DNA from: Squalus acanthias
Lineage: Eukaryota
Reading direction: 5' to 3'
Assembly (NCBI GenBank): GCA_030390025.1
Contig: CM059432.1
Span: 144,090,001-144,154,000 of the forward strand
DNA length: 64,000 bases
Positions 24,075 through 35,406 of the stretch are shown in pieces; the first letter of the stretch is position 1; each line of letters begins with the position of its first letter. The notes below the pieces were generated by a model that was not told the DNA's origin, did no database searches, and worked only from the letters and a program-made list of their open reading frames with translations. The position numbers were made by a program, and so were the translations under genes.

Positions 24075-24620
24075 CACACTGTGAGCTGCAAATCCAGCCC
24101 ACGAGGTCGGAGGAGGTAACGTGTGACTCCCAGCTCACAGGTGTTGGGTGCCTCAGAGCGCGATGGCGGAAGAAACACATGGACAGGTGTTGTATGTGGT
24201 CTGGCTGTACGGGAATGGGCTTGTGGAAGACCAGCTGCTCGAGGAGGGGACTGAAGAGTGTTGCCAAGGCTGCAGTCTCCTCTGAAGGGGAGAGAGAGGC
24301 AGAGAGTGGTTGTGCCTGGTGTGGGCACCAGATTGTAGATGGCAGAAATGACAGAAGATGATCTCACAGGGAAGCAGGCTGGTGGGGTGGAATGGGAGGG
24401 GTGGGCAGACAAGAGAGGCTCTTTCATCGGGGTGAGAAGAGGGGGAAAGGGTGAGAGTGGAGGCATCGGAACTGAGGAAGGGGCAGCTTCTGGAACCACA
24501 GATAAAGGAACATATCAGCAGAGGGAAAAGGAGGACGTTTCAGAAGCTGTGGTGTGGAACATGGTGCCATCATAACAGATATGATGGTGGTAGAGAAACA
24601 TTGAAAGGGAGGAAGAAATA
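24075..24620 (-). mobile_element. Highly decayed Penelope-like retroelement fragment (post-RT linker into GIY-YIG start)
   Basis: Frameshifted minus-strand peptides MFLYHHHICYDGTMFHTTASETSSF, RHFCHLQ..TRH, PFRGDCSLGNTL, PFP..YNTCP, TSSDLVGWICSSQC resemble, in order, Penelope motifs QFLRxxRIC, FRRxxSLRDxL, CxxC and SSNLVYCIxC. Confidence 0.65.
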
Positions 24621-25565
24621 TAATCCAGAATTGCTTCATCTCATTTTGATTTAGAACAAAGCAAAGTTACATGCACCCTGTGATACTTAAACCCTTCCAT
24701 AGGCTCCACCCTTAGCTGCCGTTTCAAAGTATTCCTTCCTTCAGAACAAGCCATGCAGGATGAATAGTTCTATGATGCTACACACTTGCTGGCTTGGGTC
24801 AGAGGCAAAGCTATATATTAGTGGAGCTCTCCTCAGCTACCCTGCAATAGTTCTTTAGTGATGAAATTTTAACTTAAGAAGTGCATCTAAATCAAGACTA
24901 GGGCGTGGGAGCTGGGATCTCTCCTCTCAGCAGTTCAGTGTCATTCTCTTGCACCATTTCAGCAGTTCTTTAGGCCATAAATCCCGGAGAGCAGACTTGA
25001 TGGGCAGGTCGGTGAGCCAGGTGCGAACCTGGAGCCTGTTCTACATACCAGGGATTGTGGTGGGATTTGCGATCTGTTGTTTACAGTAGTGCAGCTTACA
25101 GGGTGGTTACAGGAATGTAATACTGAGGGATTTCTGTAATAGTTCAGAAGTACACGTGCTGGCAATATTTGCAGTGCAAAGACTGTGAACTAGAAGCGTT
25201 TGTGCCAATAATTGACTGACTAGAGCACTCTGCTCTTTACAGCAATGAGATTTCTTATCACGTGTCTTGTCACTCTGCAGCCAGTTACTGGACGGTCGTA
25301 TTTCAAACACAAGCCACAATCTGCATTATTGTTAACAGCCATTAAATACATGCATATCAAACAGTTAGTTACTAACTTATTGTCCCTTCCTCGTCTTGTA
25401 CGCCTCTGTTTCGAGATTCTTGCGGGTGAGCATCACTCCCGTGGGGAGGTGACCTGCTCCTGGACCTGGTCTAGGATGTATAGAAAAGATTGATTCTAGC
25501 CATTCAAACATCACTGAACAAGCAGAAATTGTATCATTAAAATATACTGACATTAATCTAATGTA

Positions 25566-26104
25566 ATGACCTACATTGGCTCCCGGTTAAACAGCGCCTC
25601 GATTTCAAAATTCTCATCCTTGTTTTCAAATCCCTCCAAGGCCTCGCCCCTTCCTATCTCTGTAATCTCCTTCGGCCCCACAACCCCCCCCCCCCCCCCC
25701 CAAGATATCTGCGCTCCTCTAATTCTGCCCTCTTGAGGATCCCTGATTATAATCGCTCAACCATTGGTGGCCGTGCCTTCTGTTGCCTCGGCCCTAAGCC
25801 CATGGAATTCCCTCCCTAAACCTCTCCGCCTCCCTACCTCTCTTTCCTCCTTTAATGCGGAGATGCCGGTGTTGGACTGGGGTGGACAAAAGTGAGAAGT
25901 CGCACAACACCAGGTTGTTTAAGACGCTCCTTTAAGACGCTCCTTAAAACCTACCTCTTTGACCAAGCTTTTGGTCACCTGCCCTAATTTATCCTTATGT
26001 GGATCGGTGTCAAATTTGTTGTCTTAAAATACCCCTGTGCAGCACCTTGGGACAGTTTTACTACGTTAAAGGCGCTATATAAATACAAGTTGTTGTTGTT
26101 GTTG
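25566..26104 (+). mobile_element. L2 LINE 3' fragment with a small internal insertion
   Basis: LHWLPVKQRLDFKILILVFKSLQGLAPSYL..RAFCCLGP; (TTG)n tail. Confidence 0.92.
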
Positions 26105-26425
26105 TAAAAGCTGGTCTCAGTAAAAGTGACCATGAAGCTGTCAGATTGTCATTAAAAACCCAACTGGTTCTCTAACGTCTTTTAGGGAAGGAAACCTGCC
26201 GTCCTTACCCGGTCTGGGGCTAAATGAGACTCCAACCCCACACCAACATGGCTGACTCTCGATTGCCCACTGAAGTGGCCGATCAAGCCACTCCATTGTA
26301 TCAAACTGGTACCAGCGGAGAAGAAGGAGAAAAAGAAGGCGGCTCGCCACCACTTTCTCGGGGCAACTAGGGATGGACAATAAATGCCGGCCTTTGCCAG
26401 CGACGTTCACATCCCGACAAAAAAG
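26105..26425 (+). mobile_element. SINE (third family), headless
   Basis: AAAAACCCAACTGGTTC..TTAGGGAAGGAAACCTGCCGTCCTTACCCGG body followed by the LINE-derived tail. Confidence 0.82.
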
Positions 26426-26566
26426 AAGTTAGGGGTATTTCTGCAGAACAGTAAGCTCAGGGTAGCCTGTTAATTTGTGCCTTCTATAACTTACTGACAA
26501 TCTTAGTGAGTCTGTCATTCCAAACTTCCTTCCTTCCTGCTGTGCAATTTACAGGTCTTCAGGGCA

Positions 26567-26830
26567 ATCATAGAATGATACAGCACAGAGGGAGGCCATT
26601 CAGCCCATCGTGCCTGTGCCAGCTCTTTGAAAGAGCGATCCAATTAGTCCCACTCTCCCCCTGCTCTTTCCCCATAGCCCTGCAAATGTTTCCTTTTCAA
26701 GTATTTATTCAATGCCCTTTTGAAAGTTATTATTGAATTTGCTTCCACCGCCCTTTAAGGCAGCGCATTCCAGATCATAACTCGCTGCGTAAAAAAATTT
26801 CTCCTCATCTCACCTCTGGTTCTTTTGCCA
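26567..26830 (-). mobile_element. CR1 LINE 3' fragment
   Basis: Reverse complement closely matches the CR1 end at 170-430. Confidence 0.88.
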
Positions 26831-27578
26831 AAATTCTAGTTGGTTTCATATTTGTGAGAGATAGCAGGCCATAGCTGCTGGCAGTGAGGCAGCAATTGGA
26901 TTGAAGGCTTCTCGAGTAGTCCAAAACCATGAAGGTGAACCTTGAGTGTTGCTGGCGATGCTGTGCAGTCCTGAGTTCAGTTATTGGCTTGTATATCTCC
27001 CAGCAAGGTGTCTTCAGTTTGAGAGCTCCTCAGCCCAGTGAGGTACGAGTTACGGCCCTTTGGAGCAGTCAGAGTATTTTCAATCATCAGTTTTTCTGCA
27101 AAATATGCTCCGAAAGGGGAAGAGGACGTGTTGAAAGTTGCAGATCATAATGAGAGAAAAGGTGTCGACAGCTGGAGTCTGTGCTTGGAGTTTGATCTTG
27201 TGGACACTGGAGGCTTCTAATCAGGTGTTATTGTTGGATGTGGTACAGAAAATCCTTCTGCATTTTTGAAAGTGTTTTGGAGAAAGCTCCACAATGGCGG
27301 TGCATAAATCCAGCAAAGGAGAACCGTTTCCTTTACCAGCTCTCGTGGTTCTGGGACGGACCTCAGGCATGGCAGAGACATGCGACCCTGACCCTGACCC
27401 AGCCTGGCCAGGGGACAGGGTCGCTTAACAGTATTGGACAGTTTTCCTGAGGTGGGGCTACCTGGGGTGGGGGGTTGGAGTTTGGCTGTGACTGGACTCG
27501 GAGATCACGGGAACCTCTTGCATCCAACAAGGGATCAATCGATGGAATAAACATCAAACGGTGTATTTCCGTCACTTG

Positions 27579-27633
27579 TGTCAGCCGTGGCTCAGTGGGT
27601 AATAGTCTGGCCTCTGAGGGTCATGGGTTCAAG
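27579..27633 (+). mobile_element. DeuSINE-like SINE head running into the assembly gap
   Basis: GTCAGCCGTGGCTCAGTGGG..GGGTTCAAG directly before the Ns. Confidence 0.7.
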
Positions 27634-28133
27634 NNNNNNNNNNNNNNNNNNNNNNNNNNNNNNNNNNNNNNNNNNNNNNNNNNNNNNNNNNNNNNNNNNN
27701 NNNNNNNNNNNNNNNNNNNNNNNNNNNNNNNNNNNNNNNNNNNNNNNNNNNNNNNNNNNNNNNNNNNNNNNNNNNNNNNNNNNNNNNNNNNNNNNNNNNN
27801 NNNNNNNNNNNNNNNNNNNNNNNNNNNNNNNNNNNNNNNNNNNNNNNNNNNNNNNNNNNNNNNNNNNNNNNNNNNNNNNNNNNNNNNNNNNNNNNNNNNN
27901 NNNNNNNNNNNNNNNNNNNNNNNNNNNNNNNNNNNNNNNNNNNNNNNNNNNNNNNNNNNNNNNNNNNNNNNNNNNNNNNNNNNNNNNNNNNNNNNNNNNN
28001 NNNNNNNNNNNNNNNNNNNNNNNNNNNNNNNNNNNNNNNNNNNNNNNNNNNNNNNNNNNNNNNNNNNNNNNNNNNNNNNNNNNNNNNNNNNNNNNNNNNN
28101 NNNNNNNNNNNNNNNNNNNNNNNNNNNNNNNNN
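27634..28133. other. Assembly gap (500 N)
   Basis: Run of exactly 500 N, probably a placeholder; true distance across it unknown. Confidence 0.99.
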
Positions 28134-28696
28134 TCTCTCTCCCCCCTCCCTGTTCCTCTTCCCCTGTTCACACTCCCTTAGCCCTTGCTCATACTCCCCC
28201 GTCAGTGATATCACCAGGAGAGAGAGGCTCACTCTGGTAATAACGTCAATCAGAACTCTCCCGAGGCCAGTATTTTCCCCTGTACAATGAGGAACTTTAC
28301 CCAATGTTCCTTCTCCTTTAAGGTTATATCTGAATGGAGCTAATTAGTTACAATTTGCTCACAAACCATCTGTATCTTAACTCACTAATAATTCAACGTA
28401 TTACATTACTGCTAATTGAATCAAGCCCAGATATCCATCAGGACAAGGCATCCCACTTACTAACAACACACTAATTCCTTTCAGAGTCACAAACCCCTTT
28501 ATTACTGAAAGGCACTTTTGTGTATTAAGTACAGCAGGTTCTTAAACATTCATAGTGTAACGCTTTCCTCATTCGATGGAATTTCTAAATTGGTGTATTT
28601 AGTTTGTATGAAACATCGAATCTATTCAGCTTTTCTTTAGACTCCGCTGATTTAAAGTTGTGCCCTTCCGTCACCAAATGTGACGACACCAAATAA

Positions 28697-29007
28697 CACA
28701 GAATCCCCACAGTGCAGATAGAGGCCATTTCGGCCCATCGAGCCTGCACCGACACATATCCCACCCTATCCCCGTAACCCCACGTATTTAATCCCCCTAA
28801 CACTAAGGGTCAATTTATCATAGCCAAATCAACCTAACCCGCACATCTTTGGACTGTGGGAGGAAACCGGAGCACCCGGAGGAAACCCACGCAGACACGG
28901 GGAGAATGTGCAAACTCCACACAGACAGTCACCCGAGGCCGGATTCGAACCCGGGTCTCTGGCGCTGTGAGGCAACAATGCTAACCACTATGCCACCGTG
29001 TTGCCCA
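28697..29007 (-). mobile_element. HE1-like V-SINE, full length
   Basis: Minus strand: GGGCAACACGGTGGCATAGTGGTTAGC (A box), GGTTCGAATCC (B box), V-domain, CR1-like 3' stem GATGGGCCGAAATGGCCTC. Confidence 0.92.
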
Positions 29008-29365
29008 ACAACAACTTGCATTTATATAGCGCCTTTAACGTAGTAAAACATCCCAAGGCGCTTCATAGGAGTGTTCTAAGACAAAATTTGACACCGAGCC
29101 ACATAAGGAGATATTAGGACAGATGACTTGGTCACAGAGGTAGGTTTTAAGGAGCCTCTTAAAGGTGGAGAGAGAGGCGGAGAGGTTTAGGGAGGGAATT
29201 CCAGAGCTTAGGGCCTCGGCAGCTGAAGGCACGGCCACCAATGGTGGAGCGATTAAAACTGGGGATGCGCAAGAGGCCAGAATTGGTGGAGCGCAGAGAT
29301 CTCGGAGGGTTGGTGGGCTGGAGGAGATTACAGAGATAGGGAGGGACGAGGCCATGGAGGGAATT
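29008..29365 (-). mobile_element. L2 LINE 3' fragment
   Basis: LHGLVPPYLCNLLQP..RSLRS..STIGGRAFSCRGPKLWNSLP. Confidence 0.92.
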
Positions 29366-30479
29366 GGAGTACTTCCTTGGCTGTAATGCACTTTGGGACG
29401 TCCTGGGCTCATGAAAGGTGCTGCAGAAATGCAAGACTTTCTTTCTTACTCCCTATTTCCTTGGTTTGAAAAGAGGTATATTTTCCAGAACGCTGGAACT
29501 CTGCCCACTGGGGGGGAAAACTTTCCACTTCACTGTGTCCCTTGCGCGCACACAGTAAGTACTCGCAGAAACACGTTACCCAGTCACAGCGGAGCTGGGC
29601 CTCCTCCTGTTGATGATTTAACGAAGAAACTCTTTTATATTCTCATCGCGGCTTTATTACCTGACATTATTGGCGGGAGGAATTTCCCAGGTCCAGTCCC
29701 GCTGGCTCCAGGTGGGAGAGCTGATTGGTGGGACGGGGTTTAGTCTGACATCCTTCCTGCGTACCCCCAGTGGACGGAAGGGGACAAATACCCCATGGGC
29801 ACTAAACCCCCCCCCCCACCCCCCGCATTGATTTCTGGCTCCAATGTGCCACTGATACTGATATATGTAAGGGAGGGAGTGCACTCCTCGAACATCTTTT
29901 TAAAATCTTTTTAAAACTCAAAAATAAACAGACCAGTGCTTTAACATAATAGACCGATCGCTCAAATATGAGAAACTGCAGTCCTGCTTTACAGATTAGG
30001 CAATGCATTTTGTTGCCATTGAAGAGCCACTTACTGATCCCGAGTGTGAGTTCTGCTCTGAGCTGGAGAACAGTGTGTGGCCCCACTTAATCATTATTAC
30101 CTGTTAAATCCTGTTTAGAAGCGGCCTCCTCACTTGTGTAACACTAGATACCTGTGAGCACAGTTTAAGTATTTCGGGATTACTTCTCCTCCATGAACAC
30201 CCAGAGAGCGGGGACTGATTAAATACACCGTAACTAGGGGATTCATCACGAAGACTCGATGGAAATGTCTTATCAGGGGTGTGTGGTGGCCACACGCGTT
30301 ACTCATAGTTCTATGACTCAAAGATTACTGGTATAAGTTAACAGCAGTGGTGTAGGAGGAGGCAGGTGTTCAGGGTGTTCAAACATCCCCCAGAATTTCT
30401 GTGATTTTTATATCGGACTCCTCCTTCTTTCAAAAGAAGTGTCTTTGATCACTTGATAGAAACACAGAAATGTGGCTGC

Positions 30480-30865
30480 TTGTCCCACTGCAGAGACTTG
30501 AGCACGTAATCTAGGCAGACATTCCCAGTGCGGTACTGAGGGAGTGCTGCACTGTCGGAGGAGCCGTCTTTCGGATGAGATGTCTGCTCTCTCAGGTGGA
30601 TGTAAAAGATCCCACGGCACTATTCAAAGAAGAGCAGGGGAGTTCTCCCGGTGTCCTGGCCAATATTTCTCCCTCACCCAACATCACTAAGACAGATTAT
30701 CTGGTCTTTTTCACATTGCTGTTTGTGGGAGCTTGCTGTGCGCAATTTTGGCTGCTGCATTTCCGACATTACAACAGTGACTACACTTCAAAAATACTTC
30801 TTTGGCTGTAAAGCGCTTTGGGACGTCCCGAGGATGTGAAAGGCGCTACAGAAATGCAAGATTTT
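30480..30865 (+). mobile_element. DeuSINE-like SINE, 5'-truncated
   Basis: Intact hairpin CAGTGCGGTACTGAGGGAGTGCTGCACTG, shared body, tail AAAGGCGCTACAGAAATGCAAG. Confidence 0.87.
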
Positions 30866-30996
30866 CTTTATTTTTAACCAGAGGCTGTCGCAGGGCCAAT
30901 CAGGAGCTCCTTCACTGGGCCCGACCCCAGTGGGTCAGGTTCCAGCCTAGTTTGAGGCTCTTTCCGTGGAATCTCTCCAAAGTTACGGCGGGAATA

Positions 30997-31240
30997 CAAC
31001 AACAGCTTGCATTTATATAGCACCTTTAACGTAGTAAAATGTCCCAAAGTGCTTCACAGGAGCGTTATCAAACATTTGACATCGAGCCACAGAAGGAGAT
31101 ATCAGGACAGGCGACCAAAAGCTTGGTCAAAGAGGTGGGTTTTAAGGAGCGTCTTAAAGGAGGAGAGAGAGGTAGAGAGGCGGAGAGGTTTAGGGAGGGG
31201 GAAATCCAAGACCCAAGCAGCTGGAGGCACGGCTGCCAAA
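30997..31240 (-). mobile_element. L2 LINE 3' end
   Basis: CAACAAC..TTGCATTTATATAGC..AAAAGCTTGGTCAAAGAGG shared with other L2 copies. Confidence 0.88.
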
Positions 31241-31469
31241 GGGAAGTGGCAGCTGCAATTCAGTCCCTTGCCGCGGAGAAGGGTTGGGGGAGAGCTGGAG
31301 GGAAAGTGCTCGTTGGCTGCTCCTGGTCGCTGGTTACACGGCTTCCCCGCTGGACACCATGATAGGGTCACCCGCCCAGAAACACCTTTCAAGAGAGACT
31401 TTCCCTCGCAGCTGTCTGGGTTACGCTTCACCCTCGCGTGTGGTTTACATCAGATCCAACACTACATCT

Positions 31470-31803
31470 CGTAGAGAAGATGTTTCCACTTGCGGGTGAG
31501 ACCGGAACTAGGGGCCATCAATATAAGACAGTCTCTAATAAATCCAATCGGGAATTCAGGAGAAACTTCTTTACCCAGAGAGTGGTGAGAATGTGGAACT
31601 CGCTACCACAGGGAGTGGTTGAGGCGAATAGCATAGATGGATTTAAGGGGAAGTGAGATCAACACATGAGGGAGAAAGGAATAGAAGGATATGTTGATGG
31701 GGTGAGATGAAGTAGGGTGGGAGGAGGCTCGTGTGGAGCATAAACACCAGCATGGAGCAGTTGGGCCGAATGGCCTGTTTCTGTGCTGTAAATACTATAT
31801 AAT
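31470..31803 (+). mobile_element. CR1 LINE 3' fragment
   Basis: VEKMFPLAGETGTRGHQYK..FRRNFFTQRVVRMWNSLP; closely matches 22300-22620. Confidence 0.92.
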
Positions 31804-32604
31804 ATGATGAAGACTCATACCCAACCTATCGAACTCTCTCTGCTGTGGACTGACCCACTGGGCACGTGCAATGGGCGCCAGTACTCTCCAAGAACCCAAA
31901 CGATTGGGAGATGGAGGGAAGCTGGCTTTTGATACATAATCCACTGTCCAATCCTGTCTGACCAGCCAAAGACCACCCGCTTCTAATCTCTGCTCTTCAG
32001 GAACATTGGGGGATCTTTGACTTTAATCACTTTATCAGACAAGACACTTCCCCTGAATGGGGGTTGGTTCAGCAGACACTTTGGTAGCTTTATATCGTGT
32101 TATGTTGGGACGCAGAATTGCTCAGTGTCACTGCTTCCTTAAACCTGCGGCATCCCCGTGACTGGTGTTGTTTTATCGTGTTCAGTCTCTGTACAGCAAC
32201 AACACTTGCTCTATGGGAATGAAGGTTTGCATTTCATTGGCAGAAGTTTGGAACTAGTCTGGCGTGTTTCAGCACTGCGGGACAGCAGCTCAGCGATTAC
32301 AGTACGACCCAGTTTACACTCAGACTGCCATTTATTCTCAATCTATATTGGAATCTTAAAGGGGTGATACTGAGGAGTTCCTGGGTAGGTTCAACACGTG
32401 GCAAAAACAAGGGCCAGCGTGCTGTGCAAAGATCACACGAACCGCACCACGCTCACTGGGAGTGTGCACTGCAGTGAGGGATCTGGCAGTGTGCTTTCAC
32501 CTGTTAAGGGTTAGTTATATTTAATTTAATCTATCTGTGGTAATCCAAGTCTTGCCCCAGTAGCTTTTGTTGCTTTCACTGCCTGCAGTGTGTAAGAAAA
32601 ATAA

Positions 32605-32787
32605 AGACTTGTATTTCTATAGCGCCTTTTACAACCTCAGGACATCCCAAAGTGCTTGACAGCCAATGAAGTAATTTTTAAGTGTTGTCACTGTTGTAAT
32701 GTAGGAAACGGGGCAGCCAATTTGCGCACAGCAAGCTCCCACAAACAGCAATGAGATAATGACCAGATCATCTGCTTTATTGGTGTT
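32605..32787 (-). mobile_element. DeuSINE-like SINE 3' half
   Basis: GCACAGCAAGCTCCCACAAACAGCAATGAGATAATGACCAGAT shared with other copies. Confidence 0.85.
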
Positions 32788-33048
32788 GGGGGGTGGGGGT
32801 GTTCTGGGCACCCCCTCCCAGAGAGCGGAGCGATGCCAGAGTTTCCGTGAGCAGGAGCCGGACACTCTGAGATACTCTGGATAGCAGTTCCTACAGCCGC
32901 CAGCACTGGATGGGAGGGAGGGATCGACATGGGGGGAGGGATCGACATGGGGGGAGGGATCGACATGGGGGGAGGGGAGGGAAGGGGGCACAATTGGGCG
33001 TGATCAGGGATAACCGCCCGGATCGCAGCCCGAGGAGTCATGAGGTGC

Positions 33049-33376
33049 GTCTCTCTGTCTCTATCTCTATCTGTCTCTCTGCATCTCTCTGTCTCTCTCT
33101 CTCTCTGTCTCTCTCTCTCTGTCTCTCTCTCTCTCTGTCTCTCTCTCTCTCTGTCTCTCTCTCTCTCTGTCTCTCTCTCTATCTGTCTCTCTGCATCTCT
33201 CTGTCTCTCTCTCTCTGTCTCTCTCTCTCTGTCTCTCTCTCTCTCTGTCTCTCTTATCTGTCTCTCTCTCTCTGTCTCTCTCTATCTGTCTCTCTCTATC
33301 TGTCTCTCTGCATCTCTCTGTCTCTCTCTCTCTGTCTCTCTCTCTCTCTCTGTCTCTCTCTCTCTATCTGTCTCTC

Positions 33377-33419
<43 letters not shown>

Positions 33420-33425
33420 GACTCT
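33049..33425. repeat. Compound (CT)n/(CTGT)n microsatellite
   Basis: Near-pure polypyrimidine dinucleotide tract. Confidence 0.97.
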
Positions 33426-33884
33426 GACATGTTTCCATTCGCTGCCTCTTTCGACAGCTGTGTCTTTTTGTTTGGATAGCGCGAGTTTATGTATACTGAT
33501 TTTGAATTGGGGACAAGTGGGGTTGGCACTGAGAAGGCCTGGTCCTAATCTGTCCTGGTGTAACTCTACACAGCCACTGAGGTGAAACATCAGTGACCCC
33601 AAATACAGAAGCTCAGAGACACATGGCTCCAATGAGCTTGAGGGCTCTTCTGGCTTTAGACTCTGGGCATTTCCTGAGTGACAGGGTGAAGGGCTTCTGG
33701 ATAGGGAACAGGGAACAGGGTCTGATCTCGAGATGTTTGGGGAGAGGTTTTGTTTCTAGTTTGCCTTTTGTCTCTTAGTGTTTGTGGTGTGAATAAAACT
33801 TTGTTTAGCCTAGAGAAACAATGCATGTTTGTTTCTGCAACATATCAATGGGGGTTGGTTACTAATGTGACGAGGTTAGTGTCT

Positions 33885-34400
33885 TAGGAACATAGGAACA
33901 GGAGGAGGCCATTCAGCCCTCGAGCCTGTTCCGCCATTCAATAAGATCATGCAGATCTGTATCTTAACTCCCATCTACCCGCCTTGATTCCGTCACTCTT
34001 CGTACCCTTGGCCAACAAAAATCTATCTCAGTTTTGACATTTTCAATTGACCCCCAGCCTCACAGCTTTTTGAGGGAGAGAGTTCCAGATTTCCAATACC
34101 CTTTGTGTGAAGAAGTGCTTCCTGACATCACCCCTGAAAGGCCTGGCTCTAATTTTAAGGTTTGCGCCCCCTTGTTGTGGACTCCCCCACCAGAGGAAAT
34201 AGTTTCTCTCTATCTACCCTATCAACTCCTTTAATCATCTTAAACACCTCAATTAGATCACCCCTTAATCTTCTATACTCGAGGGAATACAAGCCTAGTC
34301 TATGCAACCTGTCCTCATAATTTAGCCTCGGTATCATTCTGGTGAATCAGCGCTGCACCCACTCCAAGGCCAATATATCCTTCCTGAGGTGCGGTGCCAG
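33885..34400 (-). mobile_element. CR1 LINE 3' fragment
   Basis: MIPRLNYEDRLHRLGLYSLEYRRLRGDLIEVFKMIKG; TAGGAACA tail repeats. Confidence 0.92.
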
Positions 34401-34798
34401 AAATGTACATATCAAACCATTATAGATCCCTTGGCATGCCTGCCAAGTTTTTACACTGGACTCCTAAAACTCTGATTAGGAGCCAGAAATGCATCGTGAG
34501 AATGGATGAGGCAGCCTGACTAAAGCAAATGGAACGGAGTCTCCAGGGTAACATGTAGAGTGTAGTCAACGTTCTTTTGTTAACTTTATACTTTCATTAT
34601 ACTTCAACAAAGTCAATGTAACATTCTTCAACCCACTCAGCCTCAATCGACCCCTCCTAACCCAGCCAGAATAAGAAACACCAATCTTTTAACAAATGAA
34701 AAGAATAAAAACTAGTTTAACTTCTGGGTGGGAAAGAGTTAAAATTCTTCTGGATCTTTCTAGCACTGCTGCAATATTGAAGGTGAGAGTAGTCAAGC

Positions 34799-35406
34799 CT
34801 AGAGTGACTGGGTCCAGATGTTTAGGGTGTCTGGTCCCAGTGCTTTCTCCCACTGTAGCTGATGTATAGAGAGAGAGTGACCGGATCCAGATGTTTAGAG
34901 TGTCTGGTCCCAGTGCTTTCTCCCACTGTAGCTGATGTATAGAGAGAGTGACCGGATCCAGATGTTTAGAGTGTCTGGTCCCAGTGCTTTCTCCCACTGT
35001 AGCTGATGTATAGAGAGTGACTGGATCCAGATGTTTAGGGTGCTTGGCCTCAGTGCTTTCTCCCACTGTAGCTGATGTATAGAGAGTGACCTGCTCCAGA
35101 TGTTTAGGGTGCTTGGCCTCAGTGCTTTCTCCCACTGTAGCTGATGTATAGAGAGTGACTGGATCCAGATGTTTAGGGTGCTTGGCCTCAGTGCTTTCTC
35201 CCACTGTAGCTGATGTATAGAGAGTGACCAGATCCAGATGTTTAGGGTGCTTGGCCTCAGTGCTTTCTCCCACTCTAGCTGATGTGTAGAGAGGGAGTGA
35301 CGGGGTCCAGATGTTTAGCGTGTCCAGTCCCAGTGTTTTTTCTCCACTCTAGCTGATGTATAGAGAGTGACTGGGTCCAGATGTTTAGGGTGCTTGGCCT
35401 CAGTGC
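34799..35406. repeat. Minisatellite, ~69-bp unit, about 9 copies
   Basis: Unit GAGAGTGACTGGATCCAGATGTTTAGGGTGCTTGGCCTCAGTGCTTTCTCCCACTGTAGCTGATGTATA (e.g. 35151 and 35220); length varies with an internal (GA)n. Confidence 0.97.

Noticed and set aside
27475..28304. ORFs spanning X runs
   Set aside because: Artefacts of the N gap
28900..29007. tRNA-like sequence with A and B boxes (also near 1340-1420, 4155-4220, 20300-20399)
   Set aside because: SINE heads continuing into SINE bodies, not tRNA genes
32910..33632. Ser/Leu- and Arg/Glu-rich ORFs (also 45383-45943)
   Set aside because: Translations of CT/GA microsatellites
34689..35273. 194-aa ORF with 23-aa repeats
   Set aside because: Produced by the 69-bp minisatellite; (GA)n length changes break the frame between units
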